A stretch of DNA of 64,000 bases from Raja brachyura. Lineage: Eukaryota. Shown piece by piece: positions 25,401-37,400 of the stretch (the stretch's first letter is position 1; each line of letters begins with the position of its first letter). Location of the stretch: positions 39,866,001 through 39,930,000 of the forward strand of contig OY740792.1 in NCBI GenBank assembly GCA_963514005.1. Direction: 5' to 3'. A program made the translations under genes and the position numbers. The notes under the pieces were generated by a model, which was not told the origin of the DNA, searched no databases, and saw only the letters and a list, made by a program, of their open reading frames with translations.

Positions 25401-28388
25401 ACAAATCCTCGCCTTCCAAGACAGATCGACACAGCAGGAAGGATTTAGCTGGAGGCAAGGAGTCAGAGATTATCGCAAAAGAAACAAAAGTCAAGGACCG
25501 GACAGATGAAAAAAACATAAAGAAAGCATCATTGACCAAGTCCAACAGAAATGGATCTGAAGAGACCTTCAATAGAAGTGACTTTGAGAAAGGTATATTT
25601 GAAATCTGGAAAAGTCTGTATATTTGTTTAATTGTGAAACACTTAATGTACTTTGCAAGGACATTAGGGCTCTTGTCAGACTCTCCCTATACTTTGGGAT
25701 TAGGTTCATTATTGTCACGTGTACCATAGTACAGTGAAACATTTTGATTTGCATACTGTTCAATCAGATCAGATATATCACAGTCAAACTCAAGTACAAT
25801 TGTTAGAGCAAAGGGGAAGATGCAGCATGCAGAATGTAGATCTCAGCATTGCAGCGCATTGTAGCTATTTAGGAGAAGTCACAATCAAAGAAAATTTATA
25901 GGACTTGACCTCACATTTTTATACTGATTATATTATTATTATTCCTGAACAAAAAGTTATTAGATACTTCCTTGCAGTTATTTATTTATTGATTGGCTCC
26001 CACTTTTGTTTCACAAACCACTTTAAACCCTGCGGTTTTAAGCGTAGATTACCAAGTCTGTTAAGATTTATTTCAGGGTAAATCGACAGGGGCCGTTATC
26101 AAATTATACCTTGTCAGGTGATGCTAACATTTAGCCTAATATTGCCAAGCTTAACATGCATGACACGTGAAAGGTATTAGAAATTTGAAGTAAAAATAAA
26201 ATGCTTTTAGTACACATGAAGTAGAGTGGGACCAATGGAGAGACAGTCAAAAATTCAGATTGATCATCTCTCAACAGAAGGAACATTTGGTATCAGTTTG
26301 GTAGGAAGGAAGAAGGTAAAAGGGCAGATGTTGTCTCTCTTGTGTTTTCATGGGAAGTTTACATGCAAAAGGAGAAGCAGGAAATGGAAGAATTGTAGGG
26401 AATGGAAGATATTCAGAAGATGTAGTGTGGATTGTGGTGTTGACAATACAGATGTACTGGAATGAACTGGGGAAATAGAAGAGAACAGAACTAATCATGA
26501 AGTGTAGAAGATGGGATTTGTAAATTTTAGAGCATGCTCTTGCTTAGCTTTTTTCCTTGTTGCCAGCCAGCTTTTTAGGTTGCCAAATGACAGTTTAGGT
26601 GGTCATTTAAGACGGTTTGCATGACGTGTGCGATAATGTGCTCGGATGAAGTGCGTAGTTATCAGCCAGAATTATGCTCAATGAAGCATTCACATTATGT
26701 TCAAGAAGGAACTGCAGAAAGCTGGAAAATCGAAGTAAGACAAAAGTGCTGGAGAAACTCAGCGGGTGCAGCAGCATCTATGGCGCGAAGGAAATAGGCA
26801 ACGTTTCAGGCCGAAACCCATCAGTCTGAAGAAGGGTTTCGGCCCGAAACGTTGCCTATTTCCTTCGCTCCATAGATGCTGCCGCATCCACTGAGTTTCT
26901 CCAGCACATTTGTCTACATTCACATATTATTTCTGCTTCAAATAACTAAACATATTCACCAATCAAAACATGATATATGCCACAATGACATGCAGCAAAA
27001 TTATAATACAATACTCAACTCTTTTTACACATTACAATTAATGCAATTTCTATTAGCTCTTTCCACTTCCAAACAAAAATGTGGTTGGATTATTCAACAA
27101 ATGATCAACCTGTGTCAATAAATCCTGGACCATGCACACTACAGATTGATGCAAGCATGTTTTCTGTGAAGGACCGAAAATTACCATGACATGGCCATAG
27201 CATGGGTCGTTATTGCTATTGGCACAGAAACACGCTGGCTTCCCACATAATTTATCCATAACAAAATATCCAGGTTGCAAGGAAATTTCTAAAGGCATTT
27301 TATGATAATAGCTGTTAAAACCGACTATACCCATCTGACAGGTTAAACATTATACTAACTGACAAGAGATGGCCAAAGGACATAACTCCAGCAAATGTTC
27401 TTTTGGTAATATGTTTAAAGGTGTCAAAACAAATAATATAATTGGGAATTAAAACACATTTGATTGCATTCCATTATCAAACATAGTCAATGTTTACGCT
27501 GAAGACCATGAATCACAATAGGGTCAGGGTGTGTGTGAATCAGTGCAGGGTGGTTTGATGGTGGGGGGGGGGGGTTGAGAAGCCAATTGGTGCGGAATGG
27601 ATGGATTGAGGCAGGTGAATTAGTACGTGTTGGTTGGAGTATGTAAAATTGTGAGGGGAGAGCACGGGGGATGTCAGTGGTGTTAAATGGGGGATCAGTA
27701 CGGGATGGATGTGGGGGGGGAATCGGTACAGGTTGAATGGGGGGTTCAGTACAGGATGAATGGGGGTAGACAAAAATGCTGGAGAAATTCAGCGGGTGAG
27801 GCAGCATCTATGGAGCTAAGGAAATAGGCAAAGTTTTGGGTGAGACCCTTCTTCAGACTGTTCCCCCCCCCATTCTTCTTGAATGGGGGGTTCAGTACAG
27901 GATGGATGGGGGGGATCAGCACTGAATGAATGAGGGTCTCAGTACAGGATGAATGGGGGGGTCAGGACAGTGTGGATCGGAGGGTCTATGCAGGATGAAT
28001 GGGAGATCAGTACAGGATGCATGAGGGGATCAGTACAGGATGCATGAGGGGATCAGTACAGGATGAATGGTGATCAGTAAAAGATGAATGGGAAGATCAC
28101 TACAGGATGGATGGGAGGTTTGGTGCAGGGAAAATGGAAGGTGGGTCAGTACGGGATGAATGGGTGGATCAGTGCAGTATGAATGGGGGGGGGGAGAAGT
28201 GTAGGATGGATGGGAAGGGGGGTCAGTACAGGATGAATTGGGGGACCAGTGTAGGATGGATGAGGGGGTGGCAGGAGAATCAATGAGGGGTGGGTAGGGT
28301 GATGAATAGATGGGGAGGGAAGCAGAGGGGATGTCAGGGAGGACTGAATAGAGGAGGGATCAGTGCGGGATGGAGAGGAGGGGTTCTA

Positions 28389-28436
<48 letters not shown>

Positions 28437-31400
28437 CGCTGCCTTGGCCGCCCCTGTCCAACGCCAAAGGGGGGGCGGTGGGGCACCCCTCGCCAGCCGA
28501 CAGGAAGGTGCGGGGCCGAGCTGTGCAGATCAAAGATCCTATAACTATAGGATGTTTGGTGCAGCTGCTTCAGTCGGCAGAAGGAGGCCTCCCCCTCCCT
28601 CCCTCCTCTCTCTCTCCCCCTCCCTCCCTCCTCTCTCTCTCCCCCTCCCTCCTCTCTCTCTCCCCCTCCCTCCCTCCTCCCGTCCTCGGTGTGCGAGAGG
28701 GGTTGTTTAGAAAGCGCCGTTAACGGATTTGCAGGCGGCCGTTATCTGGGCAATAGCGGCTGTTGCCTGCAAATCAAAAGATACTGCTGCAAATCCACCA
28801 ACAGCGCTTTCAAAACAACCCCTCTCGCACGCCGAGGCCAGGAGGAGGGAGGGAGGGAGAGGGAAGCCTCCTTCCCCCGGGCGGGGTGCGGGAGGAGAAG
28901 ACGGTGGAGCCGCTGTTGCAGCTGTTGGACACCCGTCATTCGCTCCGACCCTTCGTCACCCTGCACCTAGTATCTTTGCCCCGCAATCAAAGATACTAGA
29001 GGAATACAGCTGCCGCCGTCGACACGAAACGTCACGCTCCTATTCTCCAGAGATCAAGAGCGGAACTCGCTATAAAAACATGGAGGGGACGGGGACACAA
29101 ATATTTGGTGGCCGCGCGCGCATGCCACATCATGTCCCGCCCCCATTGCCTGCTGACCGACGTCTCTCTCGTCCAATCGGTGCCCTCGATCAGCAGTCCC
29201 ACCTCCACTGTCTCGCGGAAAGTGGAGACTTTAAAATCCGGATTACAAAAACTTGGGGGGGGGGGGATGTCCCCCACCTCTCAAAACATGGAGGGGATGT
29301 GTCCCCTTTGGCCCCCCCCCCCCCGGGTTTTCCGCCCCTGCCAGAGATGCTGCCTGACCCGCGTTTTTTGTGTCTATCGGTATAAACCAGTAATTCCTTG
29401 CCAAGCCGGACAAAATGAGTCACCATTTGGGTTGCCCGGCGGCACTTTGGGTGGTCATTGGCACCCAGGCAACTGCTAATTTTGAGTACGGATGATCAGA
29501 GAGAATTAACATACAAGAGAGGATAAAAAGAGGAATTCAATGTGGCTAGAGTATGAATGGAATGACTAAGTCCAATGTGTATCATAACACACATGAGATT
29601 AAGTTGAGACATCAGAACTGGCCTTCTGAGGGGTCTTTTTTATGAATGATCAGCTTCGCATTGCTTGCATACTGATCAAAAATTGTTAATGCAAGTCAAT
29701 GTTCATTTAGCTTTCCTTTAGAAAAAGTCAACCAAAGCTATAGATAGAAACTCCAATTTTATTATTTTCATTGGTCTACTGCTGTGAAAATTTAGTATGT
29801 TTTGGATAAAGTTTCTGCACCATAATTTCTGGAAAATGTCAGGCAGAGAATGCAATAGGGTTGAGTAATTTGGTCTGAAAATTAGTTCAATTGAATACAA
29901 AGGCATTATAGTATATGAATTGCCATTATTCTAAAAGATTTTCTATTAAAGAAAAATCTATTTTCTCTATTTTGACCACAAGGATATACTTTCTATTCAC
30001 AATTTATCACGGTTTTCTAAATGTCTTGTTTTATGTTTCCTGCTTAAAATAATTGCTTTTTATGGTTTTTATGTCAACGTATCTGATAACTAGAGTACAA
30101 GGGAAAGTAAAAAGTAAGTATTATAATTGAGTACAGAAACAAGTATTAAGATTTCAGCAGAGCAAAGAAACATCATTATCCAAGTCACAGGTTACTGGAA
30201 ATGTTTAAGAAGTTGGGAAGTTGGGATTTTTTGCAATAGAATTTAGAAGATTAAGGCATGATTCATTAAAAGGCTTTGGAAATGAAATGTTAAAATAAAA
30301 AATGCTGGGCGATTTCCAGGACGATGAGGTGGTAAGTGGAAAACACTAACTGTGGACATTTACAGAACAAATAAAAGGATAGATGGCAAAAACATCTTTT
30401 TTATTAACTGGTGAAATTCTCTAGTGCAAACTGCTGTTGGAAAAGGCTCCGTAATGTATTTCAAAATTAAGGTTCGTATAAAGGAAGAATTTTGAAAGGT
30501 ACGCAAAGAGAAGAGGGAGAGTGGAATTAGAATAAGCAGCAGCCCAAACAGTTGGGCCGAATGGCCTGTACTGTGCTCAAATATTTTATGACTCTCTGTC
30601 ATCCTAAATGTTCTCTCTCAAAATTGTGGCTCATTTAGGTATCACCAAAGTTACTGGCCATTCATACCTCTGGCCAATCGCAATGGCTTTCTTTAGACTT
30701 TAGAGATACAGCGTGGAAATGGGCCTTTCGGCCCTTTGAGTCCACATCGATCAGTGATCACCCCGTACACACTACTAAGGACAATTTTACAACGTATCAA
30801 AGCCAATTAACCTACAAACCTGTATGTCTGTGGCGTGTGGTGGGAAACCGGAGCAACCGGTGAAAACATATGTGGTCACAGGGAGAATGTACAAACTTAG
30901 TCAGGATCAAATTAGGTCCCTAGTGCTGTAAGGTAGCAACTCTATCGTTGCGCCACTGTGCTTTTGAAGAAGTTGAGCACCCACTTGTTTCTTGCTCTCA
31001 GCAAACGTTTACATTAGATGTTTTGAATGAGATATATGCACGTCACATGGAGAGTTTTTGAAAGATCAAGCTGTCCAGAAATACTCTGTGTAGTCCAGCT
31101 AAAGCACTTGACAATATTTTGAATTGCCACATACTCCATTGCACAAGACCAAGGCTCTGCTTCCCATTTACCTTTGCCAGCCCTCGAGTTCAAGTTAAAA
31201 TTTATTTGTCACATGCTCCATAAGGTGCAGTCAAATGTACCTGAAGTTGCACCTCAATAAATATTCAGCCCTGAGGTTGCACCTCAATAAATATTCAGCT
31301 CGGCTGTGACCTTCCATTCTACAGAATACCATATCCTGTGTTGCACACACATGCGTGCCTTTGTAGAGACAAATTACAGTTGTGTATCCTCGAATCCTCA

Positions 31401-34400
31401 AATTGTTCTGCTTCTTCCCATCCCTCCCACAAACTTGTGGGTTGGTGCATGCTGCCTACTATTGTTCATCTGAATTATTCCAACAAAGGGACATAACTCA
31501 GTTTATCAAAATAAACATAACCTGCCTGTTTTGCATTTGTCAACCTGTGCATTGGAATCAATGCATGATATGACATTCTGGATTGCTAAATGTTTCATGA
31601 TTTTACAGATTAAACACACAGCATGAATAAAGGCAGAGTGTCCTCCACCCACAAAATACCTAAAATACCACTATTTGCTGTTTCCAAACACTTCTCAAAT
31701 GCCTTGAAGATTTTTGCCTCCATTAATCTGGTCCAAAAGTCTGTCCCAGGCATTTGTATTAAGAAGCATTTCCCAGTTTGTTCCCTAAACCTTATTTTAA
31801 ACCAGCTTAAAGAACAACTTATTTTTATCATCATACAAACATCTATGAAATAATTTGTTAGATACCTAGTCTTAAACAGCCAAGATCCTCAGTGTCCTCC
31901 TTCGGGCTCTTCTTGTGCCTTGGCAAACGTGATGCAGGGGATCATAGCTAATAGATAAGTTTCGGGACAAGTAGAAAGAGTTCTGAAACATTGTTCTGGA
32001 GACATAAAATTGAATGTTATCATAGCAGTCATGGAATTTAAATTCAGGTAATTAAACAAAGTTGCAATGTAGCTAGTCTCAGCAGCGGCAAACATGAAAT
32101 TGTTGTCTTAAAAACATTTGTTTTCCAGATGTTCAAGAAAGGAAGGCTGCCATTCCTCCCTGATCTGGCCATCTGCTCAGACCTGCCATTGTGGTTGATT
32201 TTTAACTCTCCTCAATTTAAATCCAGATTAGGAATAGATGATGCCTTGCCAGTAAGGGAATAATGAAAACTTCCAGATTTGTTTGATAAGAGATCTGTAG
32301 ATTGATCATGGCCATGTCAGACATTCCATTCTTTTGGCTATTTTGTTCTGAATTGGTTGCACTTTTGAATGATGCTAAATTGGCTGCCATGTTTCAGTCA
32401 ACACTTTGTAATAACTTTGGCGATATTATTGGAGTATCAATGTCACCGATCCATTTTTACGTTGTGTTTTTCTGTTCCAAATTTCACCTGGTACTTCTCT
32501 CGTGTACATTTTATCCAGTTTTCTGCATCATTTCTGAGCTGAGATTTTGAACTCCACTACCTCTTTTTGTTTGGCATCCTTATCCAAAGTGACCATTTTA
32601 TATTTAAATATTAATTATTTACCTGTTTCTGGTCAGTGATGTATGGGAAAGGCCAGACAGCTGTTTGTGAGATGCTTGAGATTGAAGATGACCTTTAGCT
32701 ACATGAACAGGGTGTGGGTGAACTGTCTGCAGATCTTGTATCATATTAGCAGTTGCCATGCAGCAACGTATTGACAGGAGTGACAAGGCTAAGGGCTTGT
32801 TGTTCTTGAAGAGAACAAAATCATGTTTGGATGCAGCACACAAGAACAAACGAACCACAAGAAAACATGGAGTTGGCCAGAAGACTTCTCAAACCTACTC
32901 TGCATTCAGTATCATTATTCCTGATCTGTGCTGGTCTTAACTCTGTCTTTTCCTCATAGCCCTTAAATGTTAGATCTTTCAAATACCTGTCTATTTCCAC
33001 TTTAAATAGATGTAATGATCTGGCCTCTATGGGGTCAGAGAATTCGAGAGATTTTCTGCCCTCGGAGAAGAAATTCCTTCAGCTGTTCTAAAAGGCTGAT
33101 ACCTTTTTTTGTAGCAAAGTTCTCTTGTTTGTGACTCTCCCATGAGTGCAAATGAATCCACATCTACCTTGTCACGCCCTCTTAGGGACTTATGTTTGAA
33201 TAAGATCATCCCTTGTTCTTCTAAATCCCAAGGAATACAGACCCAAACTGCACCTAATGCCTCTGCATTATACTGTCTCCGCATCTCTCCTGATCTGTGT
33301 GACCGTGAAATGAGCCAAACTTTAACAGTAGGAGATGCATAGACTTTGCCATTCTGTTCTGTGTTACAGGTGGCTCTGGAATTGCTCTATGCTGCACAAC
33401 GAATTGCAAATATTCTGCTCCCTACATCAACAGATAGTAGTGTACTTCTGTGATGTGGCCTCCCGGCATTAGTACTTGCTTTAATGATAGGATTTGCTGT
33501 GGGCTTGATCCAAGTTACCACCACACTCTGCCTCCGTCAGTCTACTGCAGAATCTACAGGATTCACCGCACTGAACCTTTCTTCTCCACGGTTCTTTCAT
33601 GGGGCAGAGCAGGGTATGAGTGACAAACAGACTCCATGGTTTTAAACAGAGTTTCAAATGATTTTTTTAAAATCATATTGTAAATAATTTTACCGAAAAT
33701 AGGTTAAACAATAGTGAATTAATTAAAACCAAAGTATTCTGGTGGTTTTTGTGACACAAGAAACTGCAGATGCTGGAAATCTTGAGCAAAACAAAAAGAG
33801 CTGAAGGAACTGAGTGGGTCAGGCAGTATTTATGGAGGGAAGAGACAAGAAAAAGGGACCCAACCCAAAATGTTGCCTGTCCATTCCCTCCCTGGATGCT
33901 GCCCGACCTGTTGAGTTCCACCAGCACTGTGTTTTATTCGGGTATCTATTGGTGGTTAAATATTGAAAATGGACATCATGCAGACACTATACACAGCAGC
34001 AGTTGTCCATGAAGAAGTCTTGGAACTGTACCTGAGAACATGTCAACAAACCCTTTAAAACTAAAGAGCTAGTGGCGTAATATAGTTTGGGAAGAATGGA
34101 TCTTTTCACTCTAATGTTACTTTAGGATGTGGGATGTTAATGATATTACAACAGAAAACATAATCTTTGCTTTCCTTCTAGGGGTGTCCTCCCTCCCATT
34201 GGTACAGAACTTTTGCATTTTTCAGCTTGAACATGCGCAATCTGGTGCATAGCTCCGTACCAATGGGAGGGAGGATACCCCTTGAAGGAAAGTAAAGGTT
34301 ATGTTTTCTGTTGTAATATCATTAACATCCCACATCCTAAAGTAACACTAGAGTGAAAGGATCCATTCTTCCCAAACTATATTATGCCACTAGCTCTTTA

Positions 34401-37400
34401 GTTTTAAAGGGTTTGTTGACATGTTCTCAGGTACAGTTCCAAGACTCCGGCACACTCTCGCCAGCCACGGCTCCCCGTCCGTATCTGTCCCCGCCGCTGC
34501 TTCTGCTTCCATCTTTCCCTCAGCCCCGGCTCTCCAACACCCGCGGCCCATGCAGTTGATATGAGTTTTGAAATTCTTGTTGATCACAGAATTTCTCAGG
34601 ACAGAGCGTGAGAAATTTGTGATCAGCGTGAGAATTTGGCGAAATGCGCGAGTCTCACGCTCGATGCGTGAGAGTTAGCAGCCCTACTAGAAGGTGAGGC
34701 AAGCTTTACGGGCCTGATGTCCTACTGCTGCTCCTGTTTACTTATGTTTTAGTGTAGTGTAGTGAAGTCTTTAAAATTATGGCATTGAAACTAACTCTAC
34801 TGCATGTTGCTTATAATTATGTGTTGCTTCCTGACAAGGGACATAACTCACCCTGCAACTTAAGTGCCAATCCTCTGTGTGAAAAATTACCTTTCTTCTG
34901 GAACAGTTTCTGTAATACAACCTTCTACCGCAACTGTGCACGTTACTGGCTCAGTGCTTGGTGAAGAGTGACTCTAATCCCGAGAGAGCAAATTCCTGGA
35001 AGTGATTTTTGACTCATGAAGTGCAATCCTGACAGTCAAACACATCCACCAAGTTGGCAGTGTTTTCTGGCATGGAAAATATGGTCTTTTGTGCTCGTGT
35101 ACTTGACTGGGAGACAAGCAACATCCTTGCTTACCTTCCTCCCACCACCTCCCCCACTCACCGACTGATGAGCATCTGATGTCATGGGGCTGGATGTACC
35201 CAGCTGGAGCCTGTTGTCTGCGGCAGCTGTTTTTTCTTTTAGTTAGATTGAGGTTCGCCTGGAGATGAAGTGGGACAAGGAGAAATAGATTGAAGAAGGA
35301 GTCAAACGTGTGAACAGGAAGCGATTGAAGGGGAGCAGGACATCGTAAGGGAGAGGGGGAGCAGGAACACAAAGTTAGAGGGCAGAGAGGATCAGCAATT
35401 GAAGGGGGGAGGAAAGAAGGAATTGGTGTATGTGGAGGGGGTGGGGTGATTTGCAACGTGATTTGAATGGGGGAGATGGAACAGAAGAATGCACAAACAA
35501 TACTTCCAACAGGATTCCTCAGACTACACCTAACAGCCACAGCATGTACATATTGATGTATGACGTGATGCACGTCTGACAGTGTAATTATGATTTTTAT
35601 TAACAGTATCTTCCTGTGCTTCAAGGATGTGATGTTACAAATGCNNNNNNNNNNNNNNNNNNNNNNNNNNNNNNNNNNNNNNNNNNNNNNNNNNNNNNNN
35701 NNNNNNNNNNNNNNNNNNNNNNNNNNNNNNNNNNNNNNNNNNNNNNNNNNNNNNNNNNNNNNNNNNNNNNNNNNNNNNNNNNNNNNNNNNNNNNNNNNNN
35801 NNNGAAAAAGCTGCCATTTAATCTTCACTTTTTGTCCTAAATAACTCAATCAATAGACAATAGAAGCAGGAGTAGGCCATTCGGCCGTTCGAGCCAGCAC
35901 CGCCATTCAATATAATCATGGCTGATCATCCACAATCAGTACCCCGTTACTGCCTTTTCGCCATATCCCAAGACTCCACTATCTTTAAGAGCTTTATCTA
36001 ACTTGAAAGCATCCAGAGAATTGGCCTCCACTGCCTTCCTAGGCAAAGAATTCCACAGATTCACAACCCTCCTCACACTTCACACTAACACCCAGCTTTG
36101 TGTCATGTGCAAATTTGCTAATGTTACTTTTAATCCTTTCATCTAAATCATTAATGTATATTGTAAATAGCTGCGGTCCCAGCACAGAGCCTTGCGATAC
36201 CCCACGAGTCACTGCCTGCCATTCTGAAAGGGACCCATTAATCCCTACTCTTTGTTCCTGCGTACACTCAACATTCCTGCGTACACTCTGGTTAATTTAG
36301 GAAATTATAGTGGCTGAAAGGTACGCGTTGAAATGAGTAACTATTTATGCCGACTAGTCATTCCTGCTGTGGTACTATAGAACATTTGTAAACATTGCCC
36401 GGCTTGCATTAAGGAGTTCTGCAATTTATTTCCAAAGTTGACCACTGAGCTTTTTCACACTTGTACGGATCACCTTGTTAATTCTGTAGTGTTTAGATTA
36501 TGGTACTACACTGAGGTTATGGAACTCGGTGCTTGGTGTAACATGTCATTAATTGATTATTGAAAATGATGTCCACTTTCTAGGTTTCTCAACACCTCCA
36601 GTGTCTCCGAGGAAGAAGACGGCTCTATCTGGGACAACAAGTAGCAGTTGGCAATTACAGCCAAACTCAACCAGTACACCAGTGTCACGATCATCAATTA
36701 AGAGACAAAGAAACAAGGAAAGTCGTAAACTGAGTATCTTGTGTTTTGGAAAGGAAGATGACCAACTTTATTCACCAGTTTCACCAAAGTATTCAAACAC
36801 TGACCAGGAAAAGCCTTCAGGAAAACGGCAATTTAAAACAAAACATCTAACGCGTCAGGATAGAAGAAGGTCATCTTTGACAGCAGATGACTCAACTGAT
36901 ATCGAGAGTTCAGAAGACAAGGTATATTCATAATTTATTATTTTTCCATAATTTATCGATATTTATATATTTGGCGTATATGGCTAACAGTCACAATCAT
37001 GGAAGAGATCATCCTTTAAATATCTCTGTCATCCTCAGTTACAGGTAAAGTTCACAGTAAGATAACAAAAACCATGTATATTGTAATTTATAAACATGAT
37101 ACTAAACAGAGCTTAAACTCTCTTGGTAGTACAATTATTCATCAAATACTGCACAATGATTATACCGCCAAATTCCATTGATGGTTCAGTGAGATGTTAA
37201 GCCCACTGTTCCCTTACTGAGTCATCCAGATTACAATGATTCTATATTTGATTCTAGTTTGGTGCATAATTGTGATCTCAGTTAGGGCACCAGTTTGTTA
37301 ATACCAATAGACATAGAAATGAAAAGAATAATCAGCAAAGCTTTCTTCCCTTAAATAGGACACAATGACCACAGCCCCAAAAGTAGATACTAGGAACTAC

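Noticed and set aside
27530-28390. Possible CRISPR-like array
   Set aside because: Degenerate head-to-tail units with no unique spacers, vertebrate intron context, no cas genes.
28290-29479. Cluster of overlapping ORFs up to 218 aa
   Set aside because: Stop-poor GC-rich repeat DNA crossing microsatellite and MITE boundaries.
34974-35849. 291-aa ORF and other ORFs containing X runs
   Set aside because: Artefacts of reading through assembly gaps.
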